DNA of 60,691 nucleotides, filler included, from Chloroflexota bacterium (GTDB taxonomy: Bacteria; Chloroflexota; Chloroflexia; QHBQ01), in assembly GCA_043754535.1 (NCBI GenBank). It is 2 parts of 2 records of this genome, joined end to end, with 100 filler letters (N's around TTAATTAATTAA, not from the genome) between each part and the next. Parts side by side here need not be neighbours in the genome. Positions count along the whole stretch, not along the records: positions 1 to 30,346 come from JAYUUN010000095.1; 1 more part is not named here. The stretch is one strand, 5' to 3'. A model generated the notes under the pieces. It was given only the letters and a program-made list of their open reading frames with translations. It was not told the DNA's origin and did no database searches. Positions 1 through 8,821 of the stretch are shown piece by piece. The position numbers were made by a program, and so were the translations under genes. Positions within the stretch are counted from its first letter, which is position 1. Every line of letters begins with the position of its first letter.

Positions 1-897
1 TCACTGCTGTGGGGTAGCCACCACTGGCGAAACCAGTTCCCTGTATTGGTCTACTACGATGGGGGTGACTACGATGGGGGTGACTGCCACTGGTGTACCT
101 TGCACGATAAACTGATGTGTCGCCATGTCGAAGCTAGCAATGATGTTCGGATTTGTTGGTGAGATGGTAGCAAGACTCCAGTTGCTAGCACCAGCATTGA
201 GAATGACAGCGGACACAAGATTAAAGCGCGTCCCCACCAGTGAGGCAATGCGAATACCATCGTGGTTGCTAGCTAGCAAATTAGCAGGTACTTCATAGCC
301 ACGCAATGTGACGTTAGGATCATTGATGTCACAAGGTTCAATAACAAACAGGTAGCCATGTTCTACGTTGTCTCTATCAAGGCGAGTGGAGTAAGTAGCA
401 TTGCAGAGCTTGCCGTTCAACATGAAAGTTCTGCAACTCATTTCATAATAGTATTCATATGGGCTAGCCTGTGAACACGAGTCTGCCGTGTATGACACGT
501 CCCAAGTAGGCGTAGGTGGGTCTACAGGTGCACCAGGGGTACGCAGCACTGGTGTAGCAGTTAGTGCCATGATAGTTGCTTGTAGAGACTCAACTGTTGA
601 CCAGGCTGGGTCATCATAATCCACTTTGTCGCGGAGCAGTGCTTTGTACGTAGCTACGTAGGCAGGTACATTGGTAGCAGCAGGTGACGAGATTGAGGTA
701 TTGCTCGCAGCCGCACTAGGGGAGGCTTGAGCAACAGCTACCAACGACGCATCACTGGCTCGTGGGGTACCCGCTGCCAGCGAGATGGGTTGCTCTTTAG
801 CCTGGTTGTTGCAGGCAACGCATAGTAGCAGCCAAGCGACGAAAGTCGAACTGGCAAGCATCTTCGTTTGCTTATCTACTAGTAGCGACCAATCCAT
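1..897 (-). CDS. Hypothetical secreted lipoprotein
   Basis: GGAGG RBS upstream. N-terminal hydrophobic stretch ends in a lipobox-like LLLCVAC, followed by an Ala/Ser/Pro linker. Stop TGA at 1-3. No recognisable family; looks less GC-rich than its neighbours by eye. Confidence 0.6.
   Translation of the reverse strand: MDWSLLVDKQTKMLASSTFVAWLLLCVACNNQAKEQPISLAAGTPRASDASLVAVAQASPSAAASNTSISSPAATNVPAYVATYKALLRDKVDYDDPAWSTVESLQATIMALTATPVLRTPGAPVDPPTPTWDVSYTADSCSQASPYEYYYEMSCRTFMLNGKLCNATYSTRLDRDNVEHGYLFVIEPCDINDPNVTLRGYEVPANLLASNHDGIRIASLVGTRFNLVSAVILNAGASNWSLATISPTNPNIIASFDMATHQFIVQGTPVAVTPIVVTPIVVDQYRELVSPVVATPQQ
53..82. repeat. 15-bp tandem duplication (ACTACGATGGGGGTG x2)
   Basis: Exact copies at 53-67 and 68-82, encoding the repeated TPIVV near the lipoprotein C-terminus. 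Confidence 0.85.
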
Positions 898-909
898 CTT
901 ACCTCCACC

Positions 910-1830
910 TCAGCGTTCGATATAGAACGCGCTGCCGCCAACCGAGCGGGCGCGTTGGCGGGCCTCGTTGACTACCTCGCTCAGTTCGCGGATGTCGGTG
1001 AATGGCCCCTGCGCGTCGGTGATCGCCCCGATAGAGAGGTTCATCAAGGGAGCCTGCCGCTGTTTGCCGTTCGGGTCGATAAAGGTCATGTAGCCAGCCT
1101 TGCGATCCTGGTAGGAGTAGAGCGGGGCCGTCTCGCGGTCGAAGCGGAGGATCGTCTCCTCCCCAATCTGGCGTACCTGTTCTGGCGTAGTGGTCAGCAG
1201 GAAGTCGGAGCCGCCAATGTGACCAATGAAGTCGTTCTCAGTGCCGTACTGGTTCACTACGTCGGCCAGCATCATCGCCACCGTCTTGAGCGCATCGTCG
1301 CCCGCCAGGAAGCCGTAGACCTCGTTGAAGGGGCCAAAGTTGTTGACGCTGATGCTTGCCAAAGCCCACTTCTGATCCTTGAGCAGCCGCTTCAGTTGCT
1401 CCTCAATCAGCTTGCTGCCTGGTAGCCCGGTTACGGCATTGGTCAGGCTCTCGCGGTTGGCCCGGCGCAGGGCATTCTCCAGGCGCAAGTGCAACTCCTC
1501 AATGTCGAAGGGCTTGACGATGTAATCGTCCACATCCAGTTCGAGGCCACGCATCTTCGCGCTCTTTTCGCCCCGCTCGGTAAGGAAGAAGATGGGGATG
1601 TGGCTGGTTCGCAGGTTCTGGCGGAGTCGGAGGCAGACCTCGTAGCCGTCCATGTCGGGCAGATTGATGTCAAGGATGATCAGATTAGGGATGATGCGGC
1701 GGCAGAAATCAAGCGCACCTTGCCCATTGCTGACAGTGCTGGTGTCAAAACCCTGCGTATTGAAGTAGAATTGCAGCAGGTTGGCGATGTCTGGTGCATC
1801 ATCCACAACCAGGATTTTCTCTTTGCTCAT
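910..1830 (-). CDS. Response regulator: REC plus degenerate GGDEF domain
   Basis: REC motifs ILVVDD, LIILDINLP, FFLT and YIVKPF. GGDEF-like domain begins at VTGLPG, but the signature reads GGSDF and the DxDxFK motif reads SVNNFG. Confidence 0.9.
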   Translation of the reverse strand: MSKEKILVVDDAPDIANLLQFYFNTQGFDTSTVSNGQGALDFCRRIIPNLIILDINLPDMDGYEVCLRLRQNLRTSHIPIFFLTERGEKSAKMRGLELDVDDYIVKPFDIEELHLRLENALRRANRESLTNAVTGLPGSKLIEEQLKRLLKDQKWALASISVNNFGPFNEVYGFLAGDDALKTVAMMLADVVNQYGTENDFIGHIGGSDFLLTTTPEQVRQIGEETILRFDRETAPLYSYQDRKAGYMTFIDPNGKQRQAPLMNLSIGAITDAQGPFTDIRELSEVVNEARQRARSVGGSAFYIER

Positions 1831-3368
1831 CAGTCCCTTGCCCCCTCATTCGGTTGAGCGGGGGCTGGCACAGTGCCGACCACTCCGCTGTCAGTGCCTT
1901 CGCTGCTGCCATTACCGCCATTGCTGCCGTCGCTACCGTTGTGTGGCTTGAGATAGCGACCCTCGCCCTGGCTGATCGGCTCACCCATGATGCGGGTGTA
2001 GTCGGGCTGGCCGCTACCGCTCGCCCCCAGGTTAGCCACGTCAGTGATCGGCGGCGCGTGGCTCTCCTCACGCTGCAACTCATCCCGCGAGTGGGGCATC
2101 CAGAGCCAACCAGCCTTCGCATCTTCCTCTACCGTGACATGGCGAGCGTAGCTATCAGTAGTGTGGTGCGCTACGTCCTCCCAGTGTATGTCACGGTTGA
2201 TTACCGCCTGGTCACCGACGTAAGGCAGGATCACGCCCGACTCGATGGTGCGCCCAGGATAGAAGACGAAGCCTGCCCCAATGCGGCAGTCATGGCCGAC
2301 GGCGCAACCGCAGGCGACCATACCCACGTCGCGCAGTATACCACGGTGCATAGTGCGGATCGCCTTGCCCATCAGATTGTAGTCGGTGAAGACGATGCCG
2401 CCGCCAATAAAGGTGTTGCGACCCACCACTGTCCCTTGCATAACCGTATTCTGGGCCACCATCGAGTTCTCCATCATGCTACAGCCATAGAGCGCAGCGC
2501 GGAATGGTATATAGCAGCCGTCGCTGACCACGCTAAGGACGATCTGCGCCCCCTGCATGATATTGACATTGGAACCGATGATGCTGCTGACGATCAGTGT
2601 GCCAGCCTGGATCGTCACGTTGTTGCCAATAATCGTCGGCCCCTGGATGATCGCCGTCGAGTCGATCTTACAGTTGCGCCCAATCTTGACCAGGGCCGAG
2701 GAGGAGAGCAGCGACTTGCGCTCCAAAACCGCTTTGAGCAACACCTTGAGCTTGACCGACAGCTTGTTCGAGTCCTTCAGCAGCCGCCGCGCCCAGCCGA
2801 ACGCGCCGAACAGCGAGTTCGCCATCATCACGTGCGTCCAACTCTCAATCGGGATGAACGCCTTGAGCGGCACATGGTAGACAAAATCGCCACTCTGCAC
2901 CAGATAGTCTGGCACATGGTAGAGGCCAAGCTCCATCGGCTCGGTGTCGATCTGCAAAGGCTTGAGTTCCTGCTCTGTCCAACCGTGCGGGTAGTACCAT
3001 AGTTCGCCCCGAAAGTGATCTCCCAGGTCAATGATGCTGTCATTGAGGGGAACGACGTGGTTGGCGATAGCCTTGTCATCCTTGCTAAAGGCGATCTGGC
3101 AAGGTTGGCCGCCCGCCCTAGCCCGACGCACAAACTCATCCACCAGGGGAGGGTTGAAGAACAGACAGTCACGGTAGACCAACAACTCCTCGTTGGTCTG
3201 CAAGTGGCGCAGGTCATCCTCGTCGTCGATCACCACCTCGGTATCACAGTGGCGAGCCAGAACGTCGCGCTGGTAGAGCCAGAGTACCTTGTTGAGGATG
3301 CGCAAATCTCTGGCGTACTCGCCAAAAGGTGGCACCCGATGATGGTCGCGCAGGATCACCTTACGCAT
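1830..3368 (-). CDS. Left-handed beta-helix (hexapeptide repeat) protein, GlmU/acyltransferase-like
   Basis: Hexapeptide repeats such as VKIGRNCKIDSTAIIQGPTIIGNNVTIQ and AVGHDCRIGAG, with a low-complexity G/S/N tail. Its stop overlaps the REC-GGDEF start by 1 nt (TGATG). Confidence 0.75.
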   Translation of the reverse strand: MRKVILRDHHRVPPFGEYARDLRILNKVLWLYQRDVLARHCDTEVVIDDEDDLRHLQTNEELLVYRDCLFFNPPLVDEFVRRARAGGQPCQIAFSKDDKAIANHVVPLNDSIIDLGDHFRGELWYYPHGWTEQELKPLQIDTEPMELGLYHVPDYLVQSGDFVYHVPLKAFIPIESWTHVMMANSLFGAFGWARRLLKDSNKLSVKLKVLLKAVLERKSLLSSSALVKIGRNCKIDSTAIIQGPTIIGNNVTIQAGTLIVSSIIGSNVNIMQGAQIVLSVVSDGCYIPFRAALYGCSMMENSMVAQNTVMQGTVVGRNTFIGGGIVFTDYNLMGKAIRTMHRGILRDVGMVACGCAVGHDCRIGAGFVFYPGRTIESGVILPYVGDQAVINRDIHWEDVAHHTTDSYARHVTVEEDAKAGWLWMPHSRDELQREESHAPPITDVANLGASGSGQPDYTRIMGEPISQGEGRYLKPHNGSDGSNGGNGSSEGTDSGVVGTVPAPAQPNEGARD

Positions 3369-3561
3369 CAGTCAACCCCGTTTCCCTCAAGGCCCAAGCG
3401 GTGGGCGACGCACATCCCTGGCAGCATAATAGTCGCCTTTAGTATACAACAAATGCCAACCGCTTGCAATTATGCAAGTAGCAGCAACTAAATTGCGTTG
3501 GTCGGTTGCAGCCAACCACCAACGCAAACCTGGATCGTCAGCCCACCATGCAAGCAGCCAG

Positions 3562-4299
3562 CTACTCAATCGGGGTCTTGTCGATCACGAAGCGGCAGGT
3601 GGGCTGGCCCATCGCCATACATTGCACCTCGTTCACGCGGTAGTTCTTGGTTGTTGCCCAGTGCAGGGTGGCGATCAGCACACCGTTGGCGACGTGGCAG
3701 CACGGGCTGGTCGTCTGGCGGTGCCAACACATCGAGCAGGTCTCGTTCTCGTAGATAAAGCCTTCGCTCGTCTCGCTCACCTTACTGGACTGGTCGCTGA
3801 TCGTGCTGAAGGTCTTGGCGACTACGCCGAGGGCGATCTTGACCTTGATGTTCTGCGGCATCAGGCGCATACCAAGGTTGCCGACCCCAGCAATGGCCGT
3901 GTACTCAGTCAAAGCGCGTTCGAGGCAGACCTTGCCCGCTCGCAGCAGCAGCCCCTTTGAGCCACGCACGCCATAGAAATCCTCAATCGCCTGGTTGATC
4001 GCTGCATAGTTGGCGAAGCTGAACTTCTTCTCCAGGTTGTTTGGTGGGTAGTTGTTGATGAAGCGGCTGAGACCGGCGAGGTTCAGCACGGCGTTGAGGC
4101 CGTTCTTGCCCAACAATTCCTCCATAGCGACGAAGAAGAAGCGACCCATGTTGTTCGGATAGAACAGATTGGTGTCCCCCTGGTGGGGATTAACATAGTG
4201 GCTGTTGCTGATCCCAGCAGAGGGGGTAATGATCCCTCCTGGCCCAACTGCGCCACCCTCAGCCTTGATGCGCTCTGGTTCATTGCGCTCGAATGACAT
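3562..4299 (-). CDS. V4R (4-vinyl reductase) domain protein
   Basis: C-terminal CCHVANG...NEVQCMAMGQPTCRFVI V4R motif. Start moved from 4332 to ATG 4299, which has GGAGGAGG upstream. Confidence 0.85.
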   Translation of the reverse strand: MSFERNEPERIKAEGGAVGPGGIITPSAGISNSHYVNPHQGDTNLFYPNNMGRFFFVAMEELLGKNGLNAVLNLAGLSRFINNYPPNNLEKKFSFANYAAINQAIEDFYGVRGSKGLLLRAGKVCLERALTEYTAIAGVGNLGMRLMPQNIKVKIALGVVAKTFSTISDQSSKVSETSEGFIYENETCSMCWHRQTTSPCCHVANGVLIATLHWATTKNYRVNEVQCMAMGQPTCRFVIDKTPIE

Positions 4300-4364
4300 T
4301 CCTGGCAACCCTCCTCCCGCCGTCGACTGCATTCCCTTGTTCTTTGTGCAGCCCTCTTACGATC

Positions 4365-4375
4365 ATTATATCACA
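4365..4375 (-). promoter_or_regulatory. Extended -10 promoter element (TGTGATATAAT) for the V4R gene
   Basis: TGnTATAAT on the minus strand, overlapping the stop codon of the DUF512 gene. Confidence 0.6.
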
Positions 4376-5813
4376 GAACCCCCAGGAAGTCTACAACCTC
4401 GCTGAAGCTCTGAGCCGGGTATACAGGGACGGCCAACTGCTCGTTAATCTGCTCCAGCGTCAACTCGTCCAGCGTACGGTGCGGTTCGGTGATGCTAAAC
4501 ATAGTATCAGGGATGAACAGCGCGTCTAGGCCTGCCGTACCCGCCTCCTGAACGGCGCGCACCACTTGGCCGCCAGTGAGTAGCCCTGCGACGGTCACCT
4601 GTGGCCCGAACAGTTCGTTCTCCAGCACCAGCACGTCAGCTTCTATCCCTGGCAGGCTGTTTAGTTCGGCGGTCAGCTTTTGCAGCAGCGGTCCGATCAT
4701 CGTCGCAGTGACAAGGCGGATGCGCTTGTTACCCCTACCAGCCCAACCCGCGCCCGCAAGGGGGATAGGAGCAGGAGGGTTGGCGGCTAGCTTCTTGTGT
4801 AGGCGGCGGAGAGTGCGGGCGTGGTCGTCTACCAGTTGGCGCACCATGCCCACCCCGTTCTCTAGCTGTACAAAGCCGTCGTAGCTGGCGGCCTTCGGCA
4901 AGTCACTGCCAGTCAGCAGGTACCACTCGTCGGAGAGGTGAACCAGGGTCTTGCCGATCTCCTTCTTTAGCCGCTTCTGCATGGGGGCGACCTGGGCAAT
5001 CACAGCACGGGCTTCCTCTGGAGTGTAGCTCCGCATCACCTCGTTGTAGCGGGTGCGGTATTTGGTCAGCCCCACGGGGACGATGCCGATGCTCTGCACC
5101 GTCGGGTACATGGCAGCCAAGTCGCGCACACTGCGCTCAAGCTGCGTACCATCGTTTACGTCGGGGCAGAGGACGATCTGGGTGTGAGCCTGGATGTCCA
5201 GCGACTCCATCTTGCGTAGCTGCTCAATCGGGTCTGGCACACGGGGGTTGCCCATGATGTAGCGGCGGCACTCCATCTCGGTGGCGTGGACGCTGAAGTA
5301 GAGGGGGGTCAGCCGCTCCTCGTCGATCCGCTGCCAGTCCTCCTCCTTGAGGTTGGTCATCGTCACGAAGTTGCCGTAGAGGAAGCTGTAGCGGTAGTCA
5401 TCATCCTTGATGTAGAGTGAGTGACGGAAGCGGGGAGCCATCTGGTCTACAAAGCAGAACAGGCAATGATTGTTGCAGCGTTTGATGCCGTCGAAGGTAG
5501 GGTCATCGAAGTCGATACCAATATCCTCGGCGTAATCCTTCTGGATAGCAAACTCGCGGGCAATCGTCTCGCCTTGCTTCAGCACCTTGAGGGTCAGGGC
5601 GTTCTCAGTTTGGTAGTAGCGCACCCCTACTATGTCCTTGACGGGTCGCCCGTCAATTGCCAGCAGGCGGTCGCCTGGCGCAATGCCGATGCGCGCCGCT
5701 GGGCTGTCGATTGCTACCAGGCTGATGAAGCCACCGGCCTTGCGCTGGCTCTTGCGTAGGTTCTCTGTTTCCTTCAGTTCAATTTCCAAGACGTGCTTCC
5801 TCTTTTGTAGCAT
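4371..5813 (-). CDS. PDZ + radical SAM-like + DUF512 FeS oxidoreductase (TIGR03279-like)
   Basis: PDZ (DSPAARIGIAPGDRLLAIDG), CNNHCLFC CxxxCxxC motif, KDDDYRYSFLYGNF, QLENGVG and VAGLLTG. The start may be TTG at 5789. Confidence 0.9.
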   Translation of the reverse strand: MLQKRKHVLEIELKETENLRKSQRKAGGFISLVAIDSPAARIGIAPGDRLLAIDGRPVKDIVGVRYYQTENALTLKVLKQGETIAREFAIQKDYAEDIGIDFDDPTFDGIKRCNNHCLFCFVDQMAPRFRHSLYIKDDDYRYSFLYGNFVTMTNLKEEDWQRIDEERLTPLYFSVHATEMECRRYIMGNPRVPDPIEQLRKMESLDIQAHTQIVLCPDVNDGTQLERSVRDLAAMYPTVQSIGIVPVGLTKYRTRYNEVMRSYTPEEARAVIAQVAPMQKRLKKEIGKTLVHLSDEWYLLTGSDLPKAASYDGFVQLENGVGMVRQLVDDHARTLRRLHKKLAANPPAPIPLAGAGWAGRGNKRIRLVTATMIGPLLQKLTAELNSLPGIEADVLVLENELFGPQVTVAGLLTGGQVVRAVQEAGTAGLDALFIPDTMFSITEPHRTLDELTLEQINEQLAVPVYPAQSFSEVVDFLGVL

Positions 5814-5846
5814 TATCCTATAGATAGCAGACAGATAGCAAACTGC

Positions 5847-6608
5847 TCAACCAATCTCAGCGAAGACAGCGAGAACGAGGGTAGCGGCTACGACTGCTGC
5901 CGTCTCTGCGCGCAGAATCCGCCTACCGAGGCTAACAGGTATTATACCAAACGTACCCGCAATTTGCACTTCTTCAGCACTATAACCACCCTCTGGCCCG
6001 ATCAGCAGCGCAACCGAGGGCGGGCTGACGTGTTTGGCTAGATCGTAGTAGGTTTGCCGATGATGGCCCAGCACGTCGCGCAGGCTGGCGGCGCGTTCCT
6101 CCTCCCAGAGGATCAGCGTGAGGTCGGCAGTCGACGCATCTGCGCAGGCGGCAGCGAAGGGGAGCGGCTCGGCGACAGCGGGGACTCGCGCCCGATGCGA
6201 CTGCTCGGCGGCCTCCTGTACGATCCGCTGCCAGCGTTCGCCCTTGCCCTCGGCGGGTCGGGCCACACTCCGTTCGCTGACTGTCGGCACGAAGCGACTG
6301 ACCCCCACTTCGGTACCCTTCTGCAAGACGAAATCGAACCGCTCGCCCTTGAGCAGGCTGGGGTAGAGGCTAAGGCGCAGGGTCGGCTCGGTGTCCAACA
6401 CGTGACCTTGCCCGACCAGCACTGCAACCTCGCGGCGGCTGACTGCCTCCACCACGGCAGGGTACTCGCTACCCAGCCCATCCAGCAGCGCGATTTCGTC
6501 GCCGACGCGCACTCGCAACACACTAACCAACTGGTGAGCGACGGTGGCGGGCAGGTTGACGCGTTGGCCGGGCAGCAGCAAGGTCGGAGGGACGAAGAAG
6601 CGGTTCAT
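5847..6608 (-). CDS. rsmE: 16S rRNA m3U1498 methyltransferase
   Basis: MNRFF, HQLVSVLR, QKGTEVGV, EAAEQS, LIGPEGGYS and LGRRILRAETA SPOUT motifs. Confidence 0.97.
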   Translation of the reverse strand: MNRFFVPPTLLLPGQRVNLPATVAHQLVSVLRVRVGDEIALLDGLGSEYPAVVEAVSRREVAVLVGQGHVLDTEPTLRLSLYPSLLKGERFDFVLQKGTEVGVSRFVPTVSERSVARPAEGKGERWQRIVQEAAEQSHRARVPAVAEPLPFAAACADASTADLTLILWEEERAASLRDVLGHHRQTYYDLAKHVSPPSVALLIGPEGGYSAEEVQIAGTFGIIPVSLGRRILRAETAAVVAATLVLAVFAEIG

Positions 6609-6614
6609 GGCTGC

Positions 6615-6643
6615 ATCTTAGCACAGCAGCACGCTAGTGGCAA
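6615..6643 (-). promoter_or_regulatory. Sigma70-type promoter for rsmE, probably leaderless
   Basis: TTGCCA (6643-6638), 17 bp, TAAGAT (6620-6615) with TG extension. The -10 lies 6 nt before the ATG and there is no SD. Confidence 0.55.
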
Positions 6644-6902
6644 GCACGCCAGTGAGCCGCACAGAATTGCTGGCGGCGGATATTGCATCTTGTGATATCT
6701 GAGGGTGGTCTGCTCGTCGGGCTGGTCGAGGCCTGTTGATTACCAGTCCAGTCCCATAATCTGCGGCATGGTTGCTCTAGGGGTTTGACACAAGGGTACT
6801 ACGTAGTGGGGTAGCCGTCGGCAACTGGTTCAGCCAGCCTTACCGCCAGCTTACCAAAGCATAGCTACTGGGATGTTTATACTATGTTTAGTAGGACACC
6901 TA

Positions 6903-6931
6903 TTGACAAAGCCTGTATGTACCTGTATAAT
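6903..6931 (+). promoter_or_regulatory. Consensus sigma70 promoter upstream of the Rab-like GTPase
   Basis: Perfect TTGACA (6903-6908), 17 bp, TATAAT (6926-6931). Confidence 0.85.
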
Positions 6932-7028
6932 TGTGGCACGATGACAGAAGGCAACGCAGTCAGTTGGGCTGCCCGGCCTTAACGATACCCAGGTAAGAGT
7001 CTGAAGTTGGTTACCAGGGAGAAGGCAT

Positions 7029-7634
7029 ATGGAGACCGTAGGTAACAGGCGAGAACAGACCGGGATGCTACCCCCTATCGAAGACAGCCAACCGTTGCGG
7101 CGGATGGATGAGCAGCCCAGCCACAAGGTGATCCTGGCGGGCGACGGTGGGGTGGGCAAGAGTACGCTGGTACGCCGCATCTGCGACGGTGAGTTCGCTG
7201 CCCTGCGGCGGATGACTATTGGCGTGGACTTCCAGGTTAAGCGGCTGCGGGTGCTTGAGCGTGACATCAAGCTGGTTCTGTGGGATATGGGCGGACAGGA
7301 TCGCTTTGCCTCGATGCGCCCTGGCTTCTATCGTGGAGGACGGGCGGTTGGCCTAGTCTACGATCTGACCAACCGGGCTAGCTTCGACAACCTACCGCTC
7401 TGGCTAAAGGAAGTGGGGGCTAACCTGCCACAAGTGCCAATCGTATTGGTTGGCAACAAGCGCGACCTGGCGGGCGAGACGGGGCGGGCTGTCTCCCACG
7501 AGGAAGCGGTAGCTTTCGCTCTCATGCACGCCCTCCCCTACGGCGAAACCTCCTGTCGCACAGGCGATGGGGTGGATGCCTTCCTTAACAGCCTGGGGCG
7601 GATCGCCATGCTTGGCCTGCGTACCCGCCGCTAA
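7029..7634 (+). CDS. Rab-like small GTPase (Ras superfamily)
   Basis: G1 GDGGVGKST, G2 TIGVDF, G3 WDMGGQ, G4 NKRD, G5 ETSCR. RabF-like motifs IGVDF, KLVLW, RFASMR, FYRGG and LVYDLT. No COR domain and no C-terminal Cys prenylation motif. The start could be a later Met (7069 or 7105). Confidence 0.93.
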   Translation: METVGNRREQTGMLPPIEDSQPLRRMDEQPSHKVILAGDGGVGKSTLVRRICDGEFAALRRMTIGVDFQVKRLRVLERDIKLVLWDMGGQDRFASMRPGFYRGGRAVGLVYDLTNRASFDNLPLWLKEVGANLPQVPIVLVGNKRDLAGETGRAVSHEEAVAFALMHALPYGETSCRTGDGVDAFLNSLGRIAMLGLRTRR

Positions 7635-7682
7635 CCAACCAGTCACCAGATGTTTAACTAGTCTATAGGGAAGGTTGTACTC

Positions 7683-8633
7683 TTGCGGGACTCCTACCTG
7701 GAACTGTTTATCCTTACAATCAATGGCGAGATACTGCTCTACGACTGTGCCAGTATTTGGCACCCCGAACTCGATCCAGCCCTCTTTGCCGCCCGCATTG
7801 CCGCCCTACAAACTACCAGCGAGGAGTATAGCGGCAGGATGGTGGAGAGCGAACGGACAGCAGACAGCCTGATCGTCTACAGCCGTAGCAACGACCTGTT
7901 TGCAGCAGTACGCTTCCTGCCCAACATCCGCTGGGCTAGAGCCAGCAAGCTAACCACCCAGCTACTAGCTACCTACCTCCAGATCAGCGGCACTGGTGGC
8001 CCCATCGACCAGCTACGCCTGCTAGGCGACGTAGACAAGCTGACTACCTCTACGGCACCTCTCAGCGAGTCCGAGTTGAGCGAGGGACTATTGGTCAGTT
8101 TCTGCGCGGCGCAGCCAGCCATCCGCGGTGGGGCGATCCTTTACTGCCCACCAGGTTCGCTCACCTACCGCCACCTTGCCAGCAAAGGTGAACAAACCGA
8201 GACGTTGATCGAGTGGTGGCAGTTGGCTTCACACATCAGCACAGTGCTGGATGAGCAGAGCGAAGTAGCGATCATGCAAGGTTGGCGTAGCGTCTACCTG
8301 GCTATCCCCTTCAATGGTGAAGCGGGCGGCCACTACGAGGGTACTACCCTCTGGTACTTGCGGTTCGACGGCACTAGCCCTGCCGCTGTGGAGCCGGAGG
8401 TAGTCAGCCCCTCCTATGCTGATGCAGCCAACAACGAGTTTCTCAGCGTGGTGGTGCGTTCGGCCCGCCGCAAGCGGCTAAAGGAAAGCGGTGCGCCCAC
8501 ACCAACCAAAGCAGACCGCCAGCCCTTGACCGCAACTCAAACCATAGAGCGCATTGGCGAGGTGCGGCGGGCCATCGGCGAGCAGATGCTGCCTGCCCTC
8601 CACCACCTGCTGGCTGTGCCATCGACCAGCTAG
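7683..8633 (+). CDS. Putative longin-like + roadblock/profilin-like domain protein (paralog A)
   Basis: TTG start giving MRD, as in its paralog. N-terminus LELFILTINGEILLY...DPALFAARIAAL fits the longin beta-beta-alpha-beta3-alpha2 pattern. Second domain begins FCAAQPAIRGGAIL. Fold inferred by eye; ORF itself is solid. Confidence 0.6.
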   Translation: MRDSYLELFILTINGEILLYDCASIWHPELDPALFAARIAALQTTSEEYSGRMVESERTADSLIVYSRSNDLFAAVRFLPNIRWARASKLTTQLLATYLQISGTGGPIDQLRLLGDVDKLTTSTAPLSESELSEGLLVSFCAAQPAIRGGAILYCPPGSLTYRHLASKGEQTETLIEWWQLASHISTVLDEQSEVAIMQGWRSVYLAIPFNGEAGGHYEGTTLWYLRFDGTSPAAVEPEVVSPSYADAANNEFLSVVVRSARRKRLKESGAPTPTKADRQPLTATQTIERIGEVRRAIGEQMLPALHHLLAVPSTS

Positions 8634-8735
8634 CCTCTCTCCTTTCCACCAACATCACGCCTGACAGCGGTGGCACGTAACCAGATCATATTACTCATGA
8701 CTAATGTATTGCCTATCTGCCAGCCTACTAGCCAC

Positions 8736-8772
8736 AATGGGCTATTGAACAGGCCCATTACTGTGCTATAAT
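8736..8772 (+). promoter_or_regulatory. Promoter with overlapping inverted repeat upstream of paralog B
   Basis: TTGAAC (8745-8750), 16 bp, TATAAT (8767-8772) within TGTGCTATAAT. AATGGGC-N10-GCCCATT (8736-8759) brackets the -35. Confidence 0.65.
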
Positions 8773-8821
8773 TGAATGTGGCAACATCATAATTACCGGG
8801 CGGGAATAGGGGAAGAAGACG

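Noticed and set aside
1794..3002. Long antisense ORF (402 aa) and the many similar shadow ORFs opposite or overlapping real genes
   Set aside because: Expected in GC-rich DNA; no motifs, and the opposite strand encodes recognisable proteins.
3562..4299. V4R genes as evidence for bacteriochlorophyll synthesis (bchJ)
   Set aside because: No photosynthesis genes in the window, and V4R domains are widespread in signalling proteins.
6644..7028. Riboswitch in the GTPase leader or intergenic region
   Set aside because: No recognisable aptamer consensus by eye; an Rfam/Infernal scan would be needed.
7029..7634. Eukaryotic contamination, or MglA, as the explanation for the GTPase
   Set aside because: It is contiguous with rsmE and mreB/atp, has a sigma70 promoter, no introns and no prenylation motif, and its G2/G3 motifs do not match MglA. 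Read-level confirmation is still advisable.
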